A stretch of DNA of 64,000 nucleotides from a virus, in the IMG/VR virus record IMGVR_UViG_3300046002_001345, positions 3,489 through 67,488 of that record, one strand, 5' to 3'. The translations under genes were made by a program, and so were the position numbers. Under the pieces are notes generated by a model that worked only from the letters and a program-made list of their open reading frames with translations, ran no database searches and was not told the origin of the DNA. Positions 9,530-19,586 of the stretch are shown here, piece after piece (position 1 is the first letter of the stretch; every line of letters starts with the position of its first letter).

Positions 9530-11022
9530 GAGCAGACTTTAACCCCGTATAACTGTTCAAATCGATCTGCGTCTGCACGATCGTTAACCATTGGTTCGCC
9601 ACGGATGTTTAAACTAGTATTAAGTAGCATAGGACACCCCGTCCACGTAAACCACTGCTCTAAGAGTTGTCTAATTCCTGAGCCATCATTTGGCACAGTT
9701 TGTACTCGACTTGTTCCGTCAACATGTACAATAGCAGGAAACAGATCAGGATGCTTACAGCGAGCTACGGTCTGCATATAAGGGCTACGATCCCACCCAA
9801 CAGGCATATCGAAGTATTCGTGTACTAGCTCTTCGAGTATAACTGGTGCAAATGGTCTAAACTTTTGTCTACGTTTAATTTCATTTACAGTATCCTTGAT
9901 CTCGGGTCCTCTAGGGTCTGCTAATAAACTACGATTACCAAGGGCTCGCGGACCAAATTCAGCCCGCCCACTCGCCACGCCACAAATCTTATTTGTGGTT
10001 AACTCGGAAATGATACTTTTAGTAGGGTAAGGACCACCAATATCGTAGCCAAGGAAAGCGTCTTTCCAAACCAATCTTCTGCCCACTGCCATTGCAGCCG
10101 CGCCAAGGCTAGACCCAGCATCGCCGGGATTAGGCATAATCCAAATGTTATCAAAGTATCCCCCTAATATTTTATTTGCACTACAGTTAAGTGCTACACC
10201 ACCACAATAGACTAAATTACTGTTTGGTGCTAAGTCGCTGGCCTTCATCATAATTGTTGCTATTAAATCTTCTGTAAGTTCTTGTGCAGCTCTGGCAGTG
10301 TCTTCATCTGACCAGTTACCTTTGATTTTGCCCGGTAGGCCAATGTGTAGGTTATGTTTAAAGATCATTGCTACTTCATCTTCTATTAGACTAGCTTTAA
10401 GATTATCTGCCTGAAACCAATTTGGTGCTCTGCCCCATCCAGCCATACCCATCAAGATATATTCTTCATCTAGAGGTTTAAGCCCCACACTTTTAGTAAA
10501 CGCACTGTACATCAATCCAATACTGTGTGGGTATTTTTGTCCCCAAACTTTATTGTACTGTGCATAGCCTTGTTCGTCGTAGTGTGCTGACCAAATACTA
10601 ATAGTATCCCATTCACCAATGGCATCAATGACTACCACAGTGGCTGTGTCAAAGGTACTTGTTTGAAATCCCGCTGCCGCATGACTAAGGTGATGATTAT
10701 ATGATTTAATAGGTAGCTTATGTAGGTTAAAATCAGGTAGCTGTTCTTTTATTAATCCCTTAACAGTCCACGGAGTTTTAAGTTCACTATACTGGCCAGC
10801 ATACAGTTGACGAGTCTTTTTAACCCACGGACGCTCATAGTAGGCAATACTGTCTATAGGGCCGTACTTAAGTGCGTCTTTAATCAGTTTAGGATGTAAG
10901 TTACTGTCGTGTTTACGTTTGCTGTAGCGTTCGCTATGCCCAGCAAATAAGATCTGACCTTGGTCGTTGATTAATGTTACAGCGGCATCATGGAAGCCGG
11001 CCGATATACCTAAGATGTTCAT
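9526..11022 (-). CDS. O-carbamoyltransferase (NodU/CmcH/TobZ family)
   Basis: FHDAA, HHLSHAA, DAIGE, GGVALNC, EFGPRALGNRSLLADP, FRPFAP, HVDGTSRVQTV and LLNTSLN motifs. Confidence 0.95.
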   Translation of the reverse strand: MNILGISAGFHDAAVTLINDQGQILFAGHSERYSKRKHDSNLHPKLIKDALKYGPIDSIAYYERPWVKKTRQLYAGQYSELKTPWTVKGLIKEQLPDFNLHKLPIKSYNHHLSHAAAGFQTSTFDTATVVVIDAIGEWDTISIWSAHYDEQGYAQYNKVWGQKYPHSIGLMYSAFTKSVGLKPLDEEYILMGMAGWGRAPNWFQADNLKASLIEDEVAMIFKHNLHIGLPGKIKGNWSDEDTARAAQELTEDLIATIMMKASDLAPNSNLVYCGGVALNCSANKILGGYFDNIWIMPNPGDAGSSLGAAAMAVGRRLVWKDAFLGYDIGGPYPTKSIISELTTNKICGVASGRAEFGPRALGNRSLLADPRGPEIKDTVNEIKRRQKFRPFAPVILEELVHEYFDMPVGWDRSPYMQTVARCKHPDLFPAIVHVDGTSRVQTVPNDGSGIRQLLEQWFTWTGCPMLLNTSLNIRGEPMVNDRADADRFEQLYGVKVCS

Positions 11023-11779
11023 ATATTAAATTTGCTGCCTCAATGTGTGCTTCTTCTCGCGGATGTGTTGTTGCGAAAGGAAACTTATTATCCTTTGCCC
11101 AAGTATAAAATCCTTTATGGCCAGAGAACCAATACCAATTATTTAAATTAAGTTGTTGCTGTAATGTTTTAATGCTAATATCATCTAGATGTTTATTAAC
11201 ATTATCTATTAGACACTCGTCTACTCCCAAAAACAAATAAGGTATATTACGTAATTCTAAATATTGTTGTAGTAGCACAATATCTAATAGACTATGGTAA
11301 ACTTCCCAATACTCGTATCCGCCAATCTTACTGTAAAATACACGAGCAAAATCACTTATACCCAATGTTTGTTCACGCTGTAATTTATCTAGATGGTGTT
11401 GAAATACTATAGGATTATCTATTTGAAAATCTTTTTTAATAGTTTTTTCTGCATTATCCGAAACACTCCAAGGACTGATCTGTTCCCAACTACTATTAAA
11501 ATTAAATTCGTATCTGCCAGGGAAACTCCAGGTAACTATTACTTGCTCAATATCGAGATATTGATCGCATGTATTCATTACACTGCGCCTAATTGCACTG
11601 TTACTGTATCCAGGTTCTGCAGCGCACACATACTCTAATCCCATATCTCTGGCTATTAATGCTGTGTAAGTATGTTGACTGGGCACTTCTTTAGGTGGTG
11701 CAGTATCGCTTAAGATAAAACAATCAGCAAGCTCGCTACCGTAAGTGAAACTATCGCCACCGGCTATCAGACATCCCAT
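10988..11779 (-). CDS. SGNH-fold protein
   Basis: GGDSFTYGSEL, PGYSN, VTWSFPGRYE and C-terminal TTHPREEAH. Confidence 0.75.
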   Translation of the reverse strand: MGCLIAGGDSFTYGSELADCFILSDTAPPKEVPSQHTYTALIARDMGLEYVCAAEPGYSNSAIRRSVMNTCDQYLDIEQVIVTWSFPGRYEFNFNSSWEQISPWSVSDNAEKTIKKDFQIDNPIVFQHHLDKLQREQTLGISDFARVFYSKIGGYEYWEVYHSLLDIVLLQQYLELRNIPYLFLGVDECLIDNVNKHLDDISIKTLQQQLNLNNWYWFSGHKGFYTWAKDNKFPFATTHPREEAHIEAANLIYEHLRYIGRLP

Positions 11780-12411
11780 CCCAATCCCTTCATATGGTTG
11801 TAAACTTTGTCTGCTACCATTTCATGACCACGATCTAAGAAATGTTTACGAGGACCTATTTCACTACCGTAGGTCCATTCCATCATAGTGTCAACCGGCC
11901 AACCTACATAAAATCTACCGTCAATTTGATCTAATAAATCTTTGTTGACTTCGGCGGTACGATTGTTTACTTGGTGATTGCCAAAACTATCTAGCATCAA
12001 ATATGGTTTATTATTGGCCTTAAAGAAGTTTTGTATTAGAATAATGTTTAGCAAATATTGTCTATACAAATAGTCATCATTATGATGGCGACTAAAATAA
12101 TCAATTATTTCCCAGCGCCAGTCGGCCCACCCTCTATGTGGCAAATGGCCACCGCCCGGCCATAAGTCGTAGAATCCGGCTTCGTCGGCCATTTCAATAC
12201 GTGCAAAATGACTCCAGGCAATGATAGCCATGTCGTAATTATTAACCTGCTCTACACAATGTCTAACCATACGAGTGTTGCCGCTACCGGGTTTGGCTAG
12301 ATTGGTAACTTCATAACCTAACTTAGTGCCTAAAAGAAAAGGCCAGGCGTTGTTTAAATCGCTTAGTTCTTCACCGTATGTAAAACTGTCACCTACTGTA
12401 AGTAATTGCAT
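11767..12411 (-). CDS. SGNH-fold protein
   Basis: VGDSFTYGEEL, NLAKPGSGN, IAWSHFARIE and C-terminal PRKHFLDRGH. Confidence 0.78.
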   Translation of the reverse strand: MQLLTVGDSFTYGEELSDLNNAWPFLLGTKLGYEVTNLAKPGSGNTRMVRHCVEQVNNYDMAIIAWSHFARIEMADEAGFYDLWPGGGHLPHRGWADWRWEIIDYFSRHHNDDYLYRQYLLNIILIQNFFKANNKPYLMLDSFGNHQVNNRTAEVNKDLLDQIDGRFYVGWPVDTMMEWTYGSEIGPRKHFLDRGHEMVADKVYNHMKGLGWDV

Positions 12412-12512
12412 TATTTGTAAATAAATGGATCTCTTTTACGCAATTCTTTCAACTTCTTACGATATGCTATTTCTAACTTGATACGATTAATAATGTTTTT
12501 TAACCAATTCAT
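12411..12512 (-). CDS. 33-aa basic peptide MNWLKNIINRIKLEIAYRKKLKELRKRDPFIYK (not in ORF track)
   Basis: Translated by hand; AAGGAG RBS upstream; its TAA overlaps the ATG of the next gene (TAATG). Confidence 0.8.
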   Translation of the reverse strand: MNWLKNIINRIKLEIAYRKKLKELRKRDPFIYK

Positions 12513-13041
12513 TAAATTTCTCCTTAATTAATATAGAGGCTGCCAAATGTGCATGTTCCAATGGATGTCCATCTGGTCCTATATTGTACTTATTTTCAAC
12601 TGCCCATTGATAAAAGCCTCTTGGTTGTTGTGTTTCACCTGGTTCTGTACCCGCTGGGAATAAGTACCAATGGTCCCAGTTGGTTTTGGGGTCTAATAAC
12701 TCTATTAAACAGTTGTCTACACAGGTAAACAAGTAAGGCACATTGTGGTATTCGCAATACTGTTGAAACTCTAATATAACCCTAGGACTGGTATATACAG
12801 TATCTCTACTAGGCCAAGTCCAACACACAACCACTGCTTTAGGCAGACCTTGTTGTAACTCTGCCCTAGCACGTTCTGCAATCTCATAGTTACCTATGCC
12901 AGGATAGGCAGTACAGATATAATTATCACCTGCTAATAATGCAGTAAATGTATTACGACTGTACCCATTTGGTCCGCAATGCGGGCTATCTTGTAGCTCA
13001 CTGCCCCATACCATACTATCGCCACTGACTACTACTTGCAT
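12487..13041 (-). CDS. SGNH-fold protein
   Basis: SGDSMVWGSEL, PGIGN, VCWTWPSR; GFYQWAVENKY...GHPLEHAH matches GFYTWAKDNKF...HPREEAH of 10988..11779. Confidence 0.72.
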   Translation of the reverse strand: MQVVVSGDSMVWGSELQDSPHCGPNGYSRNTFTALLAGDNYICTAYPGIGNYEIAERARAELQQGLPKAVVVCWTWPSRDTVYTSPRVILEFQQYCEYHNVPYLFTCVDNCLIELLDPKTNWDHWYLFPAGTEPGETQQPRGFYQWAVENKYNIGPDGHPLEHAHLAASILIKEKFNELVKKHY

Positions 13042-14120
13042 GGGCCACCAATGATTGCTATTTGTCTATCAATGAAATCTGTATCAGCCCACGTGTAATT
13101 ATATTCTGCATAGGCATCTTTAGTTTTTATACTGTGAACATCTAAATGAGTTTCTAATAATGCCCAGATAGTTTGATAATCTTCTGTGTCAAAACTACGC
13201 AATAAATTAACTTGTCCCACCTGGGGATGCCCAATGGTTAATGTTTTATCGTTGGGATTAAATCCGTTAGCCTCTAACCAATCTTTAAATTCTTTAAGTT
13301 TGATTTTTTGCCACTCATAGTTACCGGGATTATTTGCCCATTCAATATCAAAATCTCCCGCTGCTTCTGTTTGGCTACGCAAGGTACTGGTAGTTAACTC
13401 ACTTATACGACTGTCACGACCTTCATCACTGAATACTTCCCAATGATGTTTGCCTACTGCTTTGTTGACTCCAACAAACACACCGCCCAGTGGACGATTA
13501 ATAGTGTTGACCCCAAACAACTCATAGTCACTCTCTTCTAATACAAATCGTGGAGCATGTAGCCAACACATTAATTGACTAGGGCGCATCCATTCCGGTG
13601 CGTGTAGTTCTTTTCGGTAACTTAATGCCCAAGACTCAAATTCATGGCATAATAGATTAAGCTGACGAATATGCCACCGGGTAGTAGGGTCTGCATTGGT
13701 ATAGTGCAGACTCATCTGTCCAGATACCCCTTGTAAATCTTCAAAGTATCTATGTAAGTGATTTAATTTATCATGAACAATATTACGTATTGCCGGTTCG
13801 TCACCAATTGGATCATCTGTTAAACAGTTATCCATCGAAAAGTAATCATCAATTTGATAACCAAGATTGGCCTGATTGATTGCAGTAATACTCTGGTTAA
13901 CTTGATTTAAAATGTACCAACCATTGCGAGGGCTGTTAGCAAACCCAAAGAAACAATAGTTCTTTTCTAAGTGATAGTTATTATCTATTAGATGAGTCAG
14001 AGCATCTAGCCACTTATGACTTAGACTATTATCAAATACATCGACGTAAATAGTTAAACGACTGTCGCCGCCGCGCAAGACAATTTCAATTGTGTCAATT
14101 AATTGATTTGTACCACTCAT
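13032..14120 (-). CDS. hypothetical protein, possibly metal-binding
   Basis: 362-aa ORF inside the operon; LNHLHRYFE and LCHEFE His/Glu motifs. Confidence 0.7.
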   Translation of the reverse strand: MSGTNQLIDTIEIVLRGGDSRLTIYVDVFDNSLSHKWLDALTHLIDNNYHLEKNYCFFGFANSPRNGWYILNQVNQSITAINQANLGYQIDDYFSMDNCLTDDPIGDEPAIRNIVHDKLNHLHRYFEDLQGVSGQMSLHYTNADPTTRWHIRQLNLLCHEFESWALSYRKELHAPEWMRPSQLMCWLHAPRFVLEESDYELFGVNTINRPLGGVFVGVNKAVGKHHWEVFSDEGRDSRISELTTSTLRSQTEAAGDFDIEWANNPGNYEWQKIKLKEFKDWLEANGFNPNDKTLTIGHPQVGQVNLLRSFDTEDYQTIWALLETHLDVHSIKTKDAYAEYNYTWADTDFIDRQIAIIGGPCK

Positions 14121-15390
14121 ATACTTCAGGTCTCATTGATAATATGTCAGCCATGGTATATTCATCACCACGGATATGCTCTAATTGTAGCACACGTTGC
14201 TTGCCCTTGTCAAGTGCAGATTGCCAAGTGTTGGGGTATTCCTCTTGGAAAGTAGGTCTGGTTTTAAGCTGTATTAATATGTCACTCAGTGAGTTGTGTA
14301 GGGGACTACCCAGTATTTCGTCTATCCAATGATGTAATATATCCTTAGGTAGGGCCAATGGCGACATAATAATATCAGGACTAAAACTAAAGACTACTTT
14401 GGCAAGAACATCTACATCCAATTCTTCAGCAAGGCGGCTAATGTTGGCGACTTCGAACATTCCGGGCAATGTGAGAGTGAAGTCAATGCGCATTTGGCGT
14501 CGGTGACTTGCGATTCTAACTCCTTGACGGAAGTTTGTAAGCCATGAATTATAGTCAAGTCCTGTTCTAATATACTCACCAATTGGTCCTGTTCCGTCGA
14601 GACTGGCACAGATTTGCCAATCACGTAGCCCAGATAGAATGTCCCTATAGAGATTGACGCCGCGATAGTCGACACGGCTAAGATTTGTATTGTACCTTGC
14701 GTAAACACGTTTACCATCTCCTAGTTCAACAATGCGCTTCATATAGCGCCAATGTTGTTCGTACATTAGTGGCTCCCCGCCTACCCAATATACTTCTTCT
14801 ACTTGATGACTTTCTACAGCACTCGCAAACTCTTGTTCTATTTGACTGTCTTGAAAAGCAGTAATCTGTTCTTTGATTTCGGGCTTCATCCAATTGTTCT
14901 TTGGATTCGACCAATTGATCATATTATGAGTGCGCTGTTCTGTTTCCCAGGCGCTGGATAACATATCTCCACACATACGACATTTGAAATTACATAGGTT
15001 ACTAAAGCGATAATCCCAACTAACAGGACGAAGTGTAGTAGTTCCGTCTGGTTGGGTATTCTCTACTATACTATCATACTTATGAGCAAACATTTGATCA
15101 AAATAACTACGGTAAACGCTTGTGTTTAATAATTTGTCATTACATACTTCACACTCAGGTAAGGTCTCGCCGGCCATCATACGGCGGCGAACACTTTTCA
15201 TGTGTTCGCTGTTCCAATGCTGTTCAAGTGTGATAGGAATATACCGACCAGTGCCGGCACTGGTGTCAATGTACTGTTCAAAGTTCTGTGCAGGCTCGCG
15301 ACTAGCACAACACAATCTGCGTTCAGTCTGAGGACTTAGGTATGTGTGTACCCACGGTGCTAGACACAAAGTCTGTGGTTTAGGTTGCAT
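14095..15390 (-). CDS. radical SAM protein with N-terminal twitch/SPASM-like domain (start corrected to 15390)
   Basis: CLAPW...LCC...ECEVC precedes CNFKCRMC and GGEPLM; GGAG RBS before MQPKPQ. Confidence 0.92.
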   Translation of the reverse strand: MQPKPQTLCLAPWVHTYLSPQTERRLCCASREPAQNFEQYIDTSAGTGRYIPITLEQHWNSEHMKSVRRRMMAGETLPECEVCNDKLLNTSVYRSYFDQMFAHKYDSIVENTQPDGTTTLRPVSWDYRFSNLCNFKCRMCGDMLSSAWETEQRTHNMINWSNPKNNWMKPEIKEQITAFQDSQIEQEFASAVESHQVEEVYWVGGEPLMYEQHWRYMKRIVELGDGKRVYARYNTNLSRVDYRGVNLYRDILSGLRDWQICASLDGTGPIGEYIRTGLDYNSWLTNFRQGVRIASHRRQMRIDFTLTLPGMFEVANISRLAEELDVDVLAKVVFSFSPDIIMSPLALPKDILHHWIDEILGSPLHNSLSDILIQLKTRPTFQEEYPNTWQSALDKGKQRVLQLEHIRGDEYTMADILSMRPEVYEWYKSIN

Positions 15391-16435
15391 GTATCCACTC
15401 CAATGTTGGAGTAATAAATTCAACGTTAACTCCATTTAATACCTGAGCTCTATCATAAAACTTATTGTAATTATGTTTAATTTTTTGTTCTGTTAGTGGA
15501 TCTAAATATCCGTTACAATCGAAATTTATAATATTATTGTAGACAATTTCTAATCTATCTTCAAAAAACTCTTCAACGTCGTAACTTTCATCAAACAAAT
15601 GCCCGTAGGTTTCAAATCCCAATGAGCGTAGATGTGCTAGTGTTCCCTTCATCCCCAACGACATAAATGGATGTTGGTGTGCTATAGGTTTATATGTCTT
15701 TTCTGTAATAAACAAGTCAGCAGGACAATGTTCGTCCGATTTAAGCCCTTGTTGCTCTTTTATCAAATCTGCACAGTCAAAATAAGTTTCAACAGCCACA
15801 GTAAAATATGTGTCATCATACCATTCAGATTCGAATTGTCTATCCCAGCCAATACGTGCTACTGGATTATCCTCTTTAGTAACTAAAGGTTTTCCATTGC
15901 ACCAGCGTTCAACATAACTCCAAGTGGCGCGATCTAATACAGGTTCAAATCGTTCAACGATTGCTGTTCTAAATGGCTTGCTACGTTTAATTGGCATGAA
16001 AAACAAATTATTGTTTGTACGATTTGGTACATAGTTTTGATATTGAAAATTCTTATCGCAGGTATACCAAAGACTTTCATTATACCAAAACCAATTTGGT
16101 ACATTGATAATGTTCTTCCATCCATAAGCATGCGAATTCTTGCAACCCAATACTACTAAAATATTATCTAAATACGGCTGAAAATCACGTGCTAGTAAGA
16201 ATGGGCGAGCTTCCCATAAGTTTGCTAAAATTACTCTGAATCCGTCAGACAAGAATTTAATTAGAATATCGTTATTAAAAAATTCCGGGCGTGACACTAC
16301 TAAGATATCTGTATCTTTATTATATGTTTTAGTATTATTATAGACACTTAGATCAAACTCTGTTTGCAGTATCCATTCTAGGTAACTACTGTTCAGATCT
16401 GTCCAACCAACCCTGACTAAATTTATTTTACTCAT
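15380..16435 (-). CDS. glycosyltransferase-like protein (GT-B; motif resembling GT10 fucosyltransferases)
   Basis: YFTVAVET...FITEKTYKPI...HPF...LRSLGFETY...FDESYD resembles the FEN...YITEK donor-binding motif. Confidence 0.55.
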   Translation of the reverse strand: MSKINLVRVGWTDLNSSYLEWILQTEFDLSVYNNTKTYNKDTDILVVSRPEFFNNDILIKFLSDGFRVILANLWEARPFLLARDFQPYLDNILVVLGCKNSHAYGWKNIINVPNWFWYNESLWYTCDKNFQYQNYVPNRTNNNLFFMPIKRSKPFRTAIVERFEPVLDRATWSYVERWCNGKPLVTKEDNPVARIGWDRQFESEWYDDTYFTVAVETYFDCADLIKEQQGLKSDEHCPADLFITEKTYKPIAHQHPFMSLGMKGTLAHLRSLGFETYGHLFDESYDVEEFFEDRLEIVYNNIINFDCNGYLDPLTEQKIKHNYNKFYDRAQVLNGVNVEFITPTLEWIHAT

Positions 16436-17621
16436 AGCCCATAGCCTTGGCCATCTCAGGGTGTGTGGTTAAAAAACTTTGATCGCGGTATTCATCTGCC
16501 AGTTTCATATTGCGTAGGAATTCTTGGCCGTCACTGCTTTGACCGTTTCGAATAAACTTAATAATACGTAGAATTTCTGCACGATATTTAGGATGAACTT
16601 GTATATTAGTTAATTTATCAATGACTAATTCTTGTGCATCTGCAGTCATACGACTAATACACATGTGCCATGGATCGTGTAACATATTAAAGTAGATATG
16701 ATCAAAAGTCTGTTTTTCAATCCATGCACATATCTCTGGAAGATAGTAAACATTTTGTACATTAACTGTCAGACACAGTTGTGTAGAAAATTTATTGCTA
16801 CGCATACTGGTAAATCTACTTAGATTTTCTTGTACTTCAGACCACAACGCACCATATCGTTCATATTCAAATCGCTCTTCTGTGTTGTCAATTGAGAGTG
16901 CTACCTCTACCTGTTTAAAGTGACTCCACAGGTGATGTTGTTCAGGGAATACAGTGCCGTTAGTATTATAATGAATTTCAATGTTTTTAGCGTAACCATG
17001 AGACACAGCATACTCTAATAGATCAAAGTGTTGTTGAATAAGAAAAGGTTCACCACCAGTGAACTCGAGATACTTAATGTTTGGTAAAAGTTGCTTTAGA
17101 TTGTCCCAAAATATTTCGCTTTCTCTAGGCCAAGCTCCCTGTTTCATCCATATGTTTGCAATATGATCTTTTCTGTGTTCTTTAGGAACATAGTCTAATT
17201 CTTCTCTAGCCCACTTACTACTTGACCAGCTACCGCAGATACGACATTTAAGGTTACAGATATTACCCAGCTTAAGATCAATAAACCACAGTTGATTAGG
17301 GTTAGTATTTGTCCAATCTACACTGTCATAGTACTCCTTTAGTCTTATACGACTGTTCATACGTTTACTAGTACGGCCTGCGGCTTCTTCATCCCAACAA
17401 CGCTGACAGGTTTCTGGCTTATTGCCTGCAAGGAACTCTGAACGTAATGCCTGCATGTATTCGCTATGATATATTTCTTCTAAGGTATTTTCGCGTAGAC
17501 TATATTTGGTACCGTCGGGCTTTGTAATCTCATCTACAGCAAGACAGCAAGGGCGAGCGGTGCCTATAGGACTAGTTTCAATACTAATCCACGGTAGCAT
17601 ACATATTTTCTCAGGCAACAT
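16428..17621 (-). CDS. radical SAM protein with N-terminal twitch/SPASM-like domain
   Basis: CMLPW...RPCC...TCQRCW precedes CNLKCRIC, GGEPFL and YNTNGT. Confidence 0.93.
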   Translation of the reverse strand: MLPEKICMLPWISIETSPIGTARPCCLAVDEITKPDGTKYSLRENTLEEIYHSEYMQALRSEFLAGNKPETCQRCWDEEAAGRTSKRMNSRIRLKEYYDSVDWTNTNPNQLWFIDLKLGNICNLKCRICGSWSSSKWAREELDYVPKEHRKDHIANIWMKQGAWPRESEIFWDNLKQLLPNIKYLEFTGGEPFLIQQHFDLLEYAVSHGYAKNIEIHYNTNGTVFPEQHHLWSHFKQVEVALSIDNTEERFEYERYGALWSEVQENLSRFTSMRSNKFSTQLCLTVNVQNVYYLPEICAWIEKQTFDHIYFNMLHDPWHMCISRMTADAQELVIDKLTNIQVHPKYRAEILRIIKFIRNGQSSDGQEFLRNMKLADEYRDQSFLTTHPEMAKAMGYE

Positions 17622-18927
17622 ACTGTCTTAGATCCTTATACTCTGTAAACACATCTTCAAATCTTTCTTTTCTATACTGATCATGTATATCGTTTACACG
17701 AAAAAACTCTCGAAGCAAATGGCTATTATCGTTAGCATTCATAAAGTGTAGCATACCCTCATAACCACTAGTGGCACGTTGTAGGTGATCTTGTGGGCGT
17801 AGCCAATCAATATGTTCTTGCACTTTAGCTGTTACTTGTTCTTTATACCGGTGTGGCAGAATATCAATACGATCGCGGTCAGGACCTTGCAAGATATTAA
17901 CATTCCAATCCTGTGCTCGTAAATAGCCTCGATCAACCCAATTACGATGAAAATCTGTTACATGATTAGCATTATAAAGACTTACCGTTGAGCTAACATA
18001 AAAGTCAGTGTTGGGGCAACGTTTCATCATTTCTTCACGATTACGCTCAATTTGATCCCACTTAGTACCTTTACGTATATATTCGCCGTGCGCAAACATA
18101 CCGTCTAGGCTAGCACCAACACTGACATTCTTAAATAATCTCCAGTAATCTAGTACATTGTCATCTTTAAGATGTAGACGACTGAAGTTTGTGTTATAAA
18201 TCAATTTAACATCAAACATCTCACGAGCTGCTAGTTCTTTAAGAATCCAGAAATGTTCCTCCATCATCAGAGGTTCACCACCGGCAAAATAAACTTGTTC
18301 TAAGTATGGTATGTGTTCCTGTAGTTGATTCCACATGTCGTGCTCATCGCGACCAGCAAACATGATCTTAGGATAACTACGTTTACCATATAGTTGTTCT
18401 TCTTCTGCGTACCAACTTGAACTAAACCAGCCGCCACAGGTACGGCAGGTAAAGTTACATAGGTTACTGAAACGTATGTCATAGTAACGTAATTTAAAAT
18501 CATCGAACTGTCCATCGGGTAGTGTTTGATCTACTATCTCAATGTGCTGTCCAAAGTTTTTATTTGTGCTGTTACGCATGCTTACAAATCCACTAGCTTC
18601 CTGCTCGTAGCATTTACTACATTCTTTGCAGGGCTTTTCTTCCAGCATGTTTTTACGCATGGTCTTATATGCGTCTTGATTCCAAACAGTAGCCATGCTA
18701 TCTTGTTTGAAGTTACCGATAGGATGACGATCATCACCTAGACAGCAAGGATAAGCACGACCATCAGGAAAGCCATGCATGTGTATCCAAGGTATCATAC
18801 AGAATACATCACTCTTGGTCAGGCGATCTAACTGATCAGGACGTAGATCATCTTCACTGATATACACTGGTTTACGTGTATGATAGTGATGATTTTTATA
18901 GTAGTCGTTTTGTTGCTGATCGCTCAT
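17611..18927 (-). CDS. radical SAM protein with N-terminal twitch/SPASM-like domain
   Basis: CMIPW...YPCC...ECSKCY precedes CNFTCRTC, GGEPLM and YNTNFS. Confidence 0.93.
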   Translation of the reverse strand: MSDQQQNDYYKNHHYHTRKPVYISEDDLRPDQLDRLTKSDVFCMIPWIHMHGFPDGRAYPCCLGDDRHPIGNFKQDSMATVWNQDAYKTMRKNMLEEKPCKECSKCYEQEASGFVSMRNSTNKNFGQHIEIVDQTLPDGQFDDFKLRYYDIRFSNLCNFTCRTCGGWFSSSWYAEEEQLYGKRSYPKIMFAGRDEHDMWNQLQEHIPYLEQVYFAGGEPLMMEEHFWILKELAAREMFDVKLIYNTNFSRLHLKDDNVLDYWRLFKNVSVGASLDGMFAHGEYIRKGTKWDQIERNREEMMKRCPNTDFYVSSTVSLYNANHVTDFHRNWVDRGYLRAQDWNVNILQGPDRDRIDILPHRYKEQVTAKVQEHIDWLRPQDHLQRATSGYEGMLHFMNANDNSHLLREFFRVNDIHDQYRKERFEDVFTEYKDLRQYVA

Positions 18928-19586
18928 AATGTTAGTAGTATCTGTTGTGCTATTTGTTCGTGGTCTGTTTTAGTAGGATGCCCTAACCCTTGCCGCCAAG
19001 TACCAAAATTGTCCATATTAATGTTTATGCTACCCACTGATCCCATACAACAAGTTTCAATTAATCGCACTCCTTGATGTTCACATAATACTCGTATCAT
19101 GTCAACATAATTACTTTTTTTACTTTCATATTCTTCACCGTCGAATTTATATCTAATAACGGTATCGTAGATTGTGGATAACGGATCTAAATATTCTGCA
19201 CGATCACTGCATATTCTAGGGTGCAGATTAATATTACTATCTGTATAATCTTTAAAATGTGTAAATGATTGTCCCTGTTTAGCAGTGGCGCACCAACTTG
19301 GTATAATAAACCATTCTCTATCTTCAGCACGCCAATACTCACGCATAGTGCTAGTCCAGCCTACAATAACAAGAGTAATTTCTTGACTTTTATATCTGGC
19401 TAATGTATTTACTACATTGTGAAATATACCTTCATTACTAATACCACATACAGAATAATTTTTACATTCTACTCCTAGGGTATTTGCTACTAAATTAGGG
19501 TAACTGTATTTGACGTTGTCTTCGTGTTGATTTGCATGCACTAATTCTGCGCCGTGTGTAACCGAACAACCAAAGGCCAATATCAT
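18924..19586 (-). CDS. SGNH-fold protein
   Basis: FGCSVTHGAEL, NYSVCGISN, VGWTSTMRE and GLGHPTKTDH; ATGA overlaps at both ends. Confidence 0.72.
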   Translation of the reverse strand: MILAFGCSVTHGAELVHANQHEDNVKYSYPNLVANTLGVECKNYSVCGISNEGIFHNVVNTLARYKSQEITLVIVGWTSTMREYWRAEDREWFIIPSWCATAKQGQSFTHFKDYTDSNINLHPRICSDRAEYLDPLSTIYDTVIRYKFDGEEYESKKSNYVDMIRVLCEHQGVRLIETCCMGSVGSININMDNFGTWRQGLGHPTKTDHEQIAQQILLTL

